From Heptranchias perlo (taxonomy: Eukaryota): a stretch of 64,000 nucleotides of DNA. This document shows, piece after piece, positions 50,541 to 62,465 of the stretch; the stretch's first letter is position 1; every line of letters begins with the position of its first letter. Below the pieces are notes generated by a model that saw only the letters and a list, made by a program, of their open reading frames with translations, did not search any database and was not told the origin of the DNA. Position numbers and translations under genes: made by a program. The stretch covers positions 4,898,001 through 4,962,000 of the forward strand of contig NC_090357.1 in NCBI RefSeq assembly GCF_035084215.1, given 5' to 3'.

Positions 50541-51263
50541 GATGATGATGTAGCTTTGTGCCAAGTGTACTGGCCGAGGTCAGACTGGCAGCTATGTCAA
50601 CACACCTGCGCTCCTCAACATGTGCACCCAGCAACTACACTACAGGGTAAACTCTGCAAGGCTCTGCTCCCAGTTACTTAATAATTACTGGAGAATCAGG
50701 AACATGGTGAGTGAGGAACACTGGCCTCTGCGCCTGATTCTCCAATCCACACTCCTGCTGAGCTATGCTCCAAACCGGGAGTGCACCCTTCCAAAATCAT
50801 AGAATCACGCAATACAGAAGGAGGCCGTTCGGCCCGTCGTGTCTGTGCCAAAAGGAAGGAGTTCAGAAGAACAGTAACACACCGGGTAAAAGGCAACATG
50901 TGATACAAGTCTGGTGCTACAATCAGCTAGTGTCAATCTCTGTATGAATAGCACGTGCAAGCAGCAAGGCAGGTGAGTTGCATGCCCTAGCATCTGAGAA
51001 CGGGATAAGCTAGTACTGGGGATCGGAGGGGGGGGGGAGGGAGAAGTAGACAGTACGTGTGAGCAGGGCAGTACACCCATTTCTGTGGTGTCTCAAAACG
51101 GACGCACTTATGGCCCAAATTCCCCCCCCCACCCCCGCAAACTCCACTGCCCCATCCTGTCGCAGGTGTAGCAGGGTTACCTTATACTTTGTGTGTACTT
51201 GCTAGTATTTTTTATAGGCACGTCACATGTCTTTAAGCACTCATGCTAAAATCTGTGCAATCT

Positions 51264-51351
51264 TCACGCCTTTGGTGGGCTTTTGATGTCGGCTTTGGAA
51301 CTGTAATGTCCGCGTTCAGTGTGGGCACAGGAGTTCACCAGGCACTCCTTC
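51264..51351 (-). CDS. SCN4B: SCN4B exon 5, cytoplasmic tail and stop (KKECLVNSCAHTERGHYSSKADIKSPPKA*)
   Basis: gtctctctag| acceptor, phase 2; KECLV.S..TE.G...SKA...PP.K matches the beta-4 C-terminus. Confidence 0.93.
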
Positions 51352-51471
51352 CTAGAGAGACCACAGCAAGCACCATGAATAGAACCACCTACCCACTGGC
51401 TTCGCACAGTTAACACTTTCCTTATGGGGATACAAACAAGCAAACACGTCACCAATCGGTTAAAACACGTC

Positions 51472-51612
51472 GGTCCCGAATTTCCTCGCAGCCGCTCCCG
51501 CTGCGATGCCGTTGCTTCACCAGAATGGGGGGGGGGGGGGGGTTTCCGCCAATTTCCTTACGGTGAAATAACGGCAGTGCAGAGGGAGCGGCTCAGAGGA
51601 AATTCTGGATCC
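51472..51612. mobile_element. Palindromic MITE (~140 bp)
   Basis: ggtcccgaatttcctcgcagccgctcccgctgcgatgccgttgcttcacc pairs imperfectly with ggtgaaataacggcagtgcagagggagcggctcagaggaaattctggatcc. Confidence 0.65.
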
Positions 51613-53224
51613 ATTTTCAAGATAAGAAAAGAAAAAAGGACTTGCATTTATACAGCGTCTCTCATGACCTCAGGACGTCTCAAAGCACCTTACAACTAAT
51701 TATGTACTTTTTGAAGTGTAGTCGCTGTTGTAATGTAGGAAACGCTGCAGCCAATTTGCGCACAGCAAGATCCCACAAACAGCAATGAGATAATGACCAG
51801 GAAATTTGTTTTTTATTGATGTTGGTTGAGGGATAAATATTGGCCAGGGCACCGGGGACAACCATCCTGCTCTTTTTTGAAATAGTGGCCATGGGATCTT
51901 TTATGTCCACCTGAGAGGGCAGACGAGGCCTCGGTTTAACATCTCATTCGAAAGATGGCACCTCCGACATTGCAGCGCTCCCTCAGTACTGCACTGGGAG
52001 TGTCAGCCTGGGTTATGGGGCTCGAGTCTCTGGAGTGGGACTTGAGAGTGCTATCCACTGAGCCATGGCTGACACAGCAGAGAGGGGCACATGTGGAGAC
52101 AAACTAATAAAAAGGGGATAAATTAGCGGGTGGGGGGGAGCCATAGCTGAAGTATTGGCAGGGGATCGAAGTCCAGATTTGGATGAATTGGCCCAACATG
52201 CCCGCACCCTCCAATATCACGTTGCCGTTCGTGTTAGATGCAAAACGGCAACGCGATCGATCAGGAATTTAACAGTTAAGCGAGTAAATTATTTGCAGTC
52301 AGTTTTAGCCGAGTCCTGAGGCACAAAATTGGCCGACCTAAAAATGGTTGGGGAAAGGGTGAAAAAGGTCGCACCAGAATGTGGAAATGGAAAATCGGAG
52401 AGTGATTCAATAGTGTACGATCTCGAAGGTCGAGAAATGTAACAGTCATATTATTGCATGCAAAGTGCCGGCTAGAAATCAGAAAAAAGAACTCTGTTGA
52501 CAAAACCATGAGTGAAGATTACAGATAAATCCCTGAAGCTATGCTCCGAGCATTGGAGAGAAACATGGTTTTAATAACGCTACCTGATTAGGAAAGGGTT
52601 TTATACCTCGATTCTAAAATCATTCAAGCTCTAGACATCAACAAGAAGTGTACAATTACTCCTTGTCACTCTGTTATATGATCTGAACAGGGCTACCCGT
52701 TGCTAAACGTGGACTGTAATTCTCAAATCTCAACACTAAGCTGAGTTCTGTCACGTTAAGTTGAGATCTGTCCTACTGCAAAGCTAAAACCTCAGATATT
52801 GACTGCAGTGATTGCATAAAGAATCATATTATTCTTACTTGCATAGATTTAGCAAAGTAAAGTATCTGCCAGTAAACAATGTGTATTGTATCTTGACCAG
52901 TCCTTGATATCTCTGAGGTGCCCAAAATACTTAATGCTATCTCAGCCATTGTTAAACTGCATTCCTGCTAATGACTGAACTATGGTTGAATCTTTTTAAT
53001 TGAGTTGGTTTATATAGAATAACTCAGAGCCATGATGATAAAACTATAAGCACAAACTATCCGAGTGAGGGATGCAAGGTATATCGGAGAATGTTACAGT
53101 TAATCAGCTTGTTCATATTCCCATAATGCAAAATGCTAACTGGAAACTTTCTCTTTAAAATGGTTTGTAAATAAGGGTGTTTGATGATAATGTTCTGCAT
53201 ATTCACATCTTACCAAGTACTTAC

Positions 53225-53354
53225 TTCTTTTTTCCAACTTGCTTAACTAAAAACATTACAAGTTTTTTAATAATAAATAATAGAATGAGGATTCCGATCA
53301 CCCCTCCGACTATGGAAAGGATGAGATATGTCAGCGTGTTGTCCACTTGTAAGA
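53225..53354 (-). CDS. SCN4B: SCN4B exon 4: TM and open-channel-block segment (FLQVDNTLTYLILSIVGGVIGILILLFIIKKLVMFLVKQVGKK)
   Basis: tgtgttgcag| and AA|gtaagt; VDNT.T..IL..VGGVIG.LIL...IKKL..F matches mammalian beta-4. Confidence 0.95.
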
Positions 53355-53487
53355 CTGCAACACAAAAGGAAAGTTTTACAAATGAGTACGGCATTAGTTC
53401 AAATAATCAGATGGATGCATACTGAAGAAACTAAGGAAAAGTGGGATAACAGAGGGGACAAACGGAGGAACCATGGGATGTAGAGAC

Positions 53488-53926
53488 ACACGGGGGATAT
53501 AGGGACACACAGGGGGATATAGGGACACACAGGGGGATATAGGGAAACAAAGGGGGAAATAGAGGCACACAGGGGGATATAGGGACACACAGGGGGATAT
53601 AGGGAAACAAAGGGGGAAATAGAGGCACACAGGGGGATATAGGGACACACAGGGGGATATAGGGACATACAGGGGGATATAGGGAATCAAAGGGGGAAAT
53701 AGAGGCACACAGGGGGATATAGGGACACACAGGGGGATATAGGGAAACAAAGGGGGAAATAGAGGCACACAGGGGGATATAGGGACACACAGGGGGATAT
53801 AGGGAAACAAAGGGGGAAATAGAGGCACACAGGGGGATATAGGGACACACAGGGGGATATAGGGAAACAAAGGGGGAAATAGAGGCACACAGGGGGATAT
53901 AGGGACACACAGGGGGATATAGGGAC
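53488..53926. repeat. 20-bp purine-rich minisatellite (agggggatatagggacacac) with 60-bp higher-order unit
   Basis: Blocks agggggatat alternate with agggacacac / agggaaacaa / agaggcacac in a 60-bp period. Confidence 0.93.
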
Positions 53927-54004
53927 AATCTAGGGAACAGTGGGACCTAGAGACACACAGGAAAACAGTGGGATACAGAGGCACAATGGGGAACAGCAGG
54001 GTAC

Positions 54005-56016
54005 ACATAAGAACTAGGAGCAGGAGTCGGCCATATGGCCCCTCAAGCCTGCTCCGCCATTCCATAAGATCATGGCTGATCATCGATCGCGACTCTACTT
54101 TCCCGCCTGATCCCCATATCCCTTGATTCCCTTAGAGTCCAAAATTCTATCGCTCTCAGCCTTAAATATACTCAACAACTAAGCATCCACAGCCCCCTGG
54201 AGTAAAGAATTCCAAAGATTCACAACCCTCTGAGTGAAGAAATTCCTCCTCATCTCAGTCTTAAATGGCCGACCGCTTATCCTGAGACTATGCCCCCTAG
54301 TCCTAGACTCTCCAGCCAGGGGAAACAACCTCTCAGCATCTACCCTGTCAAGCCCCCTCAGATTCTTATATGTTTCAATGACACCTCTCATTCTTCTAAA
54401 CTCCAGAGGGTATAGGCCCATTCTACTCAACCTCTCCTCATAGGACAACCCTCTCATCCCAGGAATCAATCTTGTGAACCTTCATTGCACCGCCTCTAAG
54501 GCAAGTATATCCTTCCTTAGATAAGGAGACCAAAACTGTACACAGCACTCCAGGTGAGGTCTCACCAATGCCCTATACAATTGTAGCAAGACTTCCTTAC
54601 TCTTGTACTCCAACCCCCTTGCAATAAAGGCCAACATGCTATTTGCCTTCCTAATTGCTTGCTGTTCCTGCATGTTAACTTGCTGTGTTTCATGGATAAG
54701 GAGACCCAAATCCTTCTGGACACCAACATTTAATAGTTTCTCACCATTTTAAAAATATTCTGTTTTTCTATTCTTCCTACCAAAGTGAATAACCTCACAT
54801 TTCCCCACATTATACTCCATCTGCCACCTTCTTGCCCACTCACTTAACCTGTCTATATCCCTTTGCAGATTCTTTGTGTCCTCCTCACAGTTTACTTTCC
54901 CACCTAACTTTCTATCATCAGCAAACCTGGATACATTACACTTGGTCCCTTCATCTAAGTCATTAATATAGATTGTAAATAGCTGAGGCCCAAGCACTGA
55001 TTCTTGCGGCACCCCATTACTTACAGCCTGCCAACCTGAAAATGACCCGTTTATCCTTACTGTCTGTTTTCTGTGCGTTAACCAATCCTCTATCCATGCT
55101 AATATATTACCCCCAACCCCATGAGCCCTTATCTTGTGTAACAACCTTTTCTGTGGCACCTTATCAAATGCCTTTTGAAAATCCAAATATACTACGTCCA
55201 CTGGTTCCCCTTTATCTACCCTACTAGTTACATCCTCAAAAAATTCTAATAGATTTATCAAACACAATTTCCCTTTCATAAAACCATGTTGACTCTGCCT
55301 AATCATATTATGATTTTCTAAGTGCCCTGTTACCACTTCTTTAATAATGGATTCCTGATGACTGATGTCAGGCTAACTGACCTGTAGTTCCCTGTTTTCT
55401 CTCTCCTTCCTTTCATGAATAGTGGGATTACATTTGCTACCTTCCAATCTGCTGGGACCGTTCTAGAATCTAGGGAATTTTGAAAGATCACAACCAATGC
55501 ATCCACTATTTCTGCAGCCACCTCTTTTAGAACCCTCGGATGTAGCCATCAGTCCAGGGGATTTATCGGCTTTTAGTCCTATTAGTTTCTCCAGTACTTT
55601 TCCTCTACTTATATTAATTACTACAAGTTCCTCACTCCCATTAGACCCTTGGTTCCCCACTATTTCTGGTATTTTTTTGTGTCTTCTACTGTGAAGACAG
55701 ATACAAAGTATTTGTTTAATGTCTCTGCCATTTCCTGATTCCCCATTATACTTTCTCCTGTCTCAGCCTCTAAGGGACCAATGTTTACTTTTGCTACTCT
55801 CTTCCTTTTTACATACTTGTAGAAGCTCTTACAATCTGTTTTTATATTACTTGCTAGTTTACTTTCACATTCTATTTTCTCCCTTTTTATCAATTTTTTG
55901 GTCGTCCTTTGCTGGTTTCTAAAACCCTCCCAATCCTCAGGCTTAATACTCTTCTTGGCAATATTATAGTCCTCTTCTTTTAATCTATTACTATCCAACT
56001 TCTTTAGTTAGCCACG
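54005..56016 (-). mobile_element. CR1 LINE, ~2 kb, degraded RT
   Basis: QHGFMKGK.CL.NLLEFFE, DVVYLDFQKAFDKVP, GVPQ.SVLGP, FADD; several frameshifts. Confidence 0.95.
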
Positions 56017-57406
56017 GGTGAATCACATAGAGACACAAAGGGGAAGAGTGTAATAGTGGGATATAGAGTCACACAGAGGAACAGTGGGATATATAGAATA
56101 TGCAATGGCAAACAGTGCTTCAAAAGTAACTTTGATCTGACCCCCACCCCCCAACTCTCCCCTCGAAATTTGTGATGTTTTAACATTCAATCAAACCTTG
56201 TTGATAAATTAATGTTTTATAGATTATTTTTTGCATTGTTTTAACCCAGTTGAGCACTAAACCCTGTTTGGTTATGTTTTCATTTGTGTCTGTAAACTGC
56301 TTATACAGAGATAGAAGTACACTAGATAGTGTGGACACATAAGGCAGAATTGGATAGATATAGTTGGGCATGGACGATTGAGGGGATGTTAGATTTTGGG
56401 ACGGTTCGGATGGAGTGCACGGTCTCTTCCAGTCCTGGACTTTCCTGTGTTCACATACCATTACAGGCGAGCTAGAAGTACACGTGTACGGTATTTCACG
56501 CATGATGCACCGAAGTACACATTTGCATGGTGTAAAGTGTGTACATATCACTCCTAGACTACATGCTATCACAGCAGATGTTCTGGCCACTACACCAGGG
56601 GACGCACGTTAAAAAGTTAGGAGCTAAAGGGAAGTCGGGTGAAACCTCAGTCCCTAAAGGTTGATTGAGTCGGTGAATAAGTTCTCAGGAAAGGTCATTG
56701 AAGGGGTTAGAATATGAGGAGCAATTTCACAGGGTTGCCAGTACATTGCCTCACTCGGATCGTGTGCGGGCTGTAGATAAGGCAATAAAATTATATCCAT
56801 GATTCTCCAACCTGTGCTCCAACCAGGATTTCCACCAGGATCGGAGACCCTGTGGTTTGTTTCTGTAGAAAGAATGGATTGAGGGGGAATTTACAGCAGT
56901 GAATTGGGCCATTCAGCCCAACTGCAGCCACCTCTTTTAGAACCCTAGGATGTAGGCCATGTGGTCCAGGGTATTTATCGGCCGTGTTTATGCCAGTGTT
57001 TATGCTCCATACGAGCCTCCTCCCACCCCTCTTCAGCATATCTTTCTATTCCTTTCCCCCTCATGTACTTATCTAGCTTCCCCTTAAATGCATCTGTGCT
57101 ATTTGCCTCAACTACTCTCACCACTCTCTGGGTAAAGAAGTTTCTCCTGAATTCCCTATTGGGTTTATTGGTGACTGTCTTATATTTATGGCCCCCTCAG
57201 TTTTGGTCTCCCCCAACAAGTGGAAACATCTTCTCTGTGTCAAACCCTATTGAACCCTGTTTGAGGTAGGGAGTGTTGAGCAAGTGAGTAGGTGGCACTT
57301 GAAAATCTGTCAAATGTGGGTTCTGATGGCCTTCACTGGTCAGAATTTGTTTTTAATGCATAATTCTTGCATTGTAAATGATCTCAAGGAATATTAGGAC
57401 ACTTAC

Positions 57407-57623
57407 ATTCACTGAGAACAATGAGCCTTATAGTCGAATTCACCTCTTGGTTCTTTTCTTGAGGGTTTTTGAAAAAGCAAGTATAGAATCCTGTATCCTC
57501 AAAATCGACATTCGCCAGCAAAAGGGAGATATTCTTTAATTTCACTTGCCCGATAAGTTCCACTCTACTGTCCTTTTCTTTAATGACATTGGGCGTCTTC
57601 CCTTTCAGTCTGATCCGAATAAT
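57407..57623 (-). CDS. SCN4B: SCN4B exon 3: Ig V domain C-half (IIRIRLKGKTPNVIKEKDSRVELIGQVKLKNISLLLANVDFEDTGFYTCFFKNPQEKNQEVNSTIRLIVLSE)
   Basis: ttttgtgcacag| and T|gtaagt; NIS..L..V.F.DTG.YTC..KNP.E motif; phase 0 to 1 links exons 2 and 4; absent from the ORF track. Confidence 0.94.
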
Positions 57624-58463
57624 CTGTGCACAAAAGAATCACAGTTGGAAAACTTTATTTTTAACAAAAGCTTTTTTTCTCTCGCCCTCCATTCCCCCCA
57701 AACCCCTGCCAGCCCTCTCTCCTTCTCTGCTCAAGGCTTTGGCCTCTGTTTCCTGGCTGATATCTGCCCCTCGCCATTTTTGACTCGCTCGTGAGAGAAT
57801 GGTCACCTCATCCAGCGACGCTCAGGAGGCTATTTGACTGTGGAGGCCGGCAGAGCTGAGCTTGATTCTCTCCACACCCAACGTCCACCTTAATGCACAG
57901 GGGGAGCAAGGGAGGACTAAAAGGTAAGGCGAGTGCTTCAAAGTGATTTTTAGGCAAAAAGAAATTAGAAGAGATAGATTTGATTTAAAAATAAAAGCAA
58001 AACTAGAGTTAAATGATAAAAATATGGAGAGAGAACCAAACGGAAAATAGCAGATGGAAGGAAAATGTTCAACATTTACTAAGTTTAAAATTGTGTTAAA
58101 TTTTTATCTTAGTAGAGTTAATATTCCATTAATAATGCTATTGCTAATTTATGAGTAAATTTATTACTGTAATATTAGTGTTTGTTTCAGCTGGCAGTGC
58201 ATCAGTCAGCCCAGCAAGACCAGTGGAAAAGAAAATTTGGTGGAGTGTAAAATGGGCTGCCCATTGGCTACATTCGAGACCCCCATTCAGTCCTATTCCT
58301 AATCATCTCCCAAATTGGCACCTGCGCTTTCCATAGTTTGTTTATTTTATTGAGGAACCAGGTGAAATGGACCAGGGTCATAGATCTGGGCACACTGCCT
58401 AGACTGAAAAGAATGGAAGGAATCTTACAACACCAGGTTATAGTCCAACAGCTTTATTTGAAA

Positions 58464-58500
58464 TCACAAGCTTTCGGAGGCTTTCTCCTTCGTCAGGTGA
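58464..58500 (-). ncRNA. Minimal hammerhead ribozyme motif (copy C, minus; sense to SCN4B pre-mRNA)
   Basis: tcac-CTGACGA-A-GGAG aaagc CTCC-GAA-AGCT-T-gtga. Confidence 0.65.
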
Positions 58501-58520
58501 GTGGCACCTGACCTGACCAC

Positions 58521-58557
58521 TCACCTGACGAAGGAGGAAGCCTCCGAAAGCTTGTGA
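58521..58557 (+). ncRNA. Minimal hammerhead ribozyme motif (copy C, plus)
   Basis: tcac-CTGACGA-A-GGAG gaagc CTCC-GAA-AGCT-T-gtga: stem I UCAC/GUGA, stem II GGAG/CUCC, palindromic AGCU as helix III. Confidence 0.65.
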
Positions 58558-59036
58558 TTTTAAATAAAGCTGTTGGACTATAATCTGGTGTGGTAAGACT
58601 CCTTACACTTGTCCACCCCAGTCCATCACCGGCATCTCCACACCATGAAAAGAATGGGAGAGTGAAGATGATGTAAATCAGGAGTCGTGGCTCTGGGCAA
58701 CACCAAGCATTGGATTGAAAGGAAAGGGAATACTGAAGAAATGTAAGGAGTTCAACAGAATAGGTTAGAGCGGAAGATCTTGATTTCAACCCAAGCGAGG
58801 AGGTGTAGAGGAGGGGGAGATGAAGGATTCCAAAGGGCAGTCTTGCAAAGGTGAGACCCGTGACGTGGAGGCTGGTTCACGGAATGGGCCCCCATCGGTG
58901 CTACAGCCCATGCCGGGAGCACCCCCTCCCCCCAAAAAATACCCGATAAAGTTCAAGGTGGGAGGTGCATGTCCCGATTCGATGGAGGAGGGTGGGGGAT
59001 GGGGGAGGCCCCAACGAGTGCAGTCACAATGCTCAC

Positions 59037-59215
59037 TGTCTGTAGCTCATCCGTTTTGTTTTTCTGGAATGTCCACTTGAACTCAGAATTTTTGTAGTCC
59101 ATGCAGCTGTGGAAAGTACAAGGGAGCAGGACATCGGTGCCATTCAGTACGTTGATTGTTGGCAATTTTCCAATGTTAACTTCAAGCCCTACATTAACGT
59201 GAAATAGAACGAAAC
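59037..59215 (-). CDS. SCN4B: SCN4B exon 2: signal-peptide end and Ig V N-half (FVLFHVNVGLEVNIGKLPTINVLNGTDVLLPCTFHSCMDYKNSEFKWTFQKNKTDELQT)
   Basis: ttttttggcag| and ACA|gtgagc; LEV..GK..I...NGT..LLPCTF.SC matches beta-4. Confidence 0.95.
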
Positions 59216-59399
59216 CTGCCAAAAAAGACAGTCGAGTTAAAATCAAAACATCCCAACCTTTTGTTAACAGTTCTGATTTCTCTCTCTCTCTCTCCACCCC
59301 CCCACCCCCCCCCCCACACACCTTTAATGTTCTCCGTGAGGGGGTCTGACTCTCGCTGGGGTTCAGATCCGCAGCTGCCAGGAGCCCCTCTGGAGCCTC

Positions 59400-59885
59400 A
59401 TGGTGCAGAGGAGATTTACTAGAATGGAACCAGGGATGAGAGACTTCAGTTACATGGAGAGGCTGGAGAAACTGGGGTTGTTCTCCTTGGAGCAGAGAAG
59501 GATAAGAGGAGATTTGATAGAAGTGTTCAAAATCACAAAGGGTTTTGATAAGAGAAATAAGGAGAAGCCGTTTCCAGTGGCAGAAGGGTTGGTAACCAGA
59601 GGACACAGATTTAAGATAATTGGTAGAAGAACCAACATGAGGAAAAAGATTTTTACGCAGCGGGTTTTTACAATCTGGAATGCGCTGCCTGAATGGGCGG
59701 TGGGAGCAAATTCAATAGTAACTTTCAAAAGGGAATTGGATAAATACTTGAAGGGGAAAAATTTGCAGGGCTATGGGGAAAGAGCTGGAGAATGGGACTA
59801 ATCGGATAGCGCTTTCAAAGAGCCGGCACAGGCACGATGGGCCAAATGGCCTCCTTTTGTGCTGTATCATTCTATAATTCTATGT
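59400..59885 (+). mobile_element. CR1 3' fragment
   Basis: ORF 59400-59801 with RRIRGDLIEVFKI. Confidence 0.92.
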
Positions 59886-60061
59886 GCAAGCCCAATGAGT
59901 GTTAGGGACATTTACCATGGGCGCGTTCCAGCCGAGCTCAATGCCTGTTCTCTCCTGAGAGCCACACATGTGCACATTGTACAAGAGGCCTCTGTTTGGG
60001 CTGTTTGACCCAATACCATAACTGGGCAGCGCATTTAACACAAGCTATTAGGACAATGAAT

Positions 60062-60642
60062 CTGAACCCTCATCCATTCCTTTATTAGCTCACAGGGTCG
60101 ACTATTCCAATGCTCTCCTGGCCAGCCTTCCACCTTCCTCTCTCCGTAAACTTAAGCTCATCCAAAGCTTTGTTGCCTGTATCCTAACTCGCACCAAGTC
60201 CCTTTCAGCCATCACCCCTGTGCTCGCTGACCTACATTGGACTCCAGTCCAGCAATGCCTCGATTTTAAAATTCTCATCCTTGTGTTGAAATCCCTCCAT
60301 GGCCTCGCCCCCGCCCTACCTCTGTAACCTCCACCAGCCCTACAACCCTCCGCGATCTCCGCGCTCCTCCAATTCTGGCCTCTTCCACGATTTTAATCGC
60401 TCCACCATTGGTGGCCGTGCCTTCAGCTGCCTAGGCCCTAAGCTCTGGAATTCCCTCCCTAAACCTCTCCGCCTCTCCCTCCTCCTTTAAGTCGCTCCTT
60501 AAAACTTACCTCTTTGGCCAAGCTTTTGGTCACCGTTCCCAATATCTCTTTATGTGGCTCGGTGTCAAATTTTGTCTGATAATCGATCCTGGAACATTTT
60601 TACTACATTAAAGGCGCTAGTTAAAGGCAAGATGTTGTTATT
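60062..60642 (+). mobile_element. L2-type LINE 3' fragment
   Basis: GGRAFSCLGPKLWNSLP; homologous to 6771-7315 and 10192-10570. Confidence 0.82.
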
Positions 60643-61017
60643 GATGGAGCATCTCACCCAAAGTGTTAACCTGTGTTCTCTCGTTTTGGAAGCTGACAAA
60701 CCTGCTATGTATTTCGAGCACTTTTCTTTTTTTATTAAATTGACTAGTTCTCCTGGTCTTCCCTTTCTACCCTCAAATGAGTTTGGTACAGGTTCACCAG
60801 CATATGTGTGTGGAGCAGGTTACTGCATTGTGTTTATGTACATGGCGAGGTTATTGTAAATGTTGTGTGTATGAGACGGTGGAGGGGTGAAGGAAGTGCT
60901 GTGGGATATGCTGAGTCCCTCAGTGTATTTTCTCGCACTGTCAATTAGCAGTACCTGCTGGTTTTGGGAGAACTTTAGAAAGTGCAGGAAGATTCAGCTG
61001 ATTACATGGCATAGATT

Positions 61018-61226
61018 TGGGATGATGGGGAAGGATCTGGGACGATGGGGAAGGATCTGGGATGATGGGCAAGGATCTGGGATGATGGGCAAGGATCTGG
61101 GATGATGGGCAAGGATCTGGGATGATGGGGAAGGATCTGGGATGATGGGGAAGGATCTGGGATGATGGGGAAGGATCTGGGATGATGGGGAAGGATCTGG
61201 GCCGATGGGCAAGGATCTGGGATGAT
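61018..61226. repeat. 20-bp minisatellite gatgatggggaaggatctgg, ~10 copies
   Basis: Direct reading. Confidence 0.95.
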
Positions 61227-62045
61227 GCACTATTAAACAACGGGTTTAGTTTGTATCGACCGTGAAAATACAGCAACTTCATGGGCCAGATTTTGCGGTA
61301 ATTTTGAGGGTAATGGCGCTCGCCGTTATTTATGCATAAACGGTACAGCAACTTCAGGCGAGGGGCAGATGCGCGGTTAAATGCCAATATCCAAACGTTG
61401 CTGTCCGAGTTGCACCGCTCTGCCGTTAGCTTTGCGAAAATGGCATTTCGATTCAGGTGACCCTTCTACATGTGTGATCCTCGACAGTGAGGTGTCAGCA
61501 GGGTTTGTAGAATCCACCCCAAGCCTGTCCGCCTCTGATGTCCACACACGCATCCATTATAGCAGGTGGCACCTGATAGCGATCAGCAGCAGGAGCCCTG
61601 GCTAATTCTTTCCACCTCCTAAACCTAGAACTATCGAAGCCAATGATAGTGCCCTGGCTCGGTGGGTAGCCATCTTGCCTCTGAGTCAGAAGGTTTTGGG
61701 TGCAAGCCCCACTCCAGAGAACAAAACCTAGGCTGACACTCCAGTGCAGTACTGAGGGAATGCTGCATTGTTGGAGGCGCCATCTTTCGGATGAGACATT
61801 AAATGTCCTGGGGAAAGCTCTGTATAAATACTCCTTGATCCCCAAAGAGAATCAAGTAAAACTGTAGAATGTTCATCCATTTCTTTCCTCACCTTTCACC
61901 TCCTCCAACAGTGCTTTTAAAACTCAAATTTGACGTCACCCTGTCACTACTTCCTGACTTGCTTCACTGAGTATCTTTTCCTTTTCAACCATTGGTGATG
62001 TCCTGAATTACAGGCCTTGGCATCCTCAATGAGGTTTCTCATTAG

Positions 62046-62465
62046 GTGTCAGCTGTGGCTCAGTAGGTTGCTCTCTTACCTCTGATGTTTATGAAGGTTG
62101 TGGGTTCAAGCCCCACTCCAGCGACTTAAACACAAAATCTAGGCTGATGCTCCCAGGGGAGTACTGCACTGACAGATGAGACATCAAACTGAGGCCCCAC
62201 CTACCCTCTTAACTGAAGTAAAAGATCCCAAGGCACTATTTTGAAAAAGAGCAGTGGGTGTTCTCCCCAGTGTCCCTCAACCAACATCACTAAAGAACAG
62301 ATGATCTGGTCATTTATTTCATTTGTGGGATCTTGCTGTGCGCAAATTGGCCGCTGCGTTTCCTACATTACAACAGTGACTACACTTCAAAAGTACTTAA
62401 TTGGCTGTAAATCGCTTTGGGATGTCCTGAGGTTGTGAAAGGTGCTATAGAAATGCAAGTCTTTC
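62046..62465 (+). mobile_element. Deu-domain SINE, near full length
   Basis: gtggctcagt head through aaggtgctatagaaatgcaagt tail. Confidence 0.8.

Larger units (their letters stand above)
58417..58645 (+). mobile_element. Penelope-like fold-back element, copy C, with perfect 12-bp TSD
   Basis: ~88-bp inverted arms (58417-58504 / 58517-58604); tgaaaagaatgg at 58405-58416 and 58646-58657. Confidence 0.85.

Noticed and set aside
53394-54083. Hydrophobic Cys/Pro-rich ORFs on minus
   Set aside because: Translation of the 20/60-bp minisatellite plus a CR1 tail.
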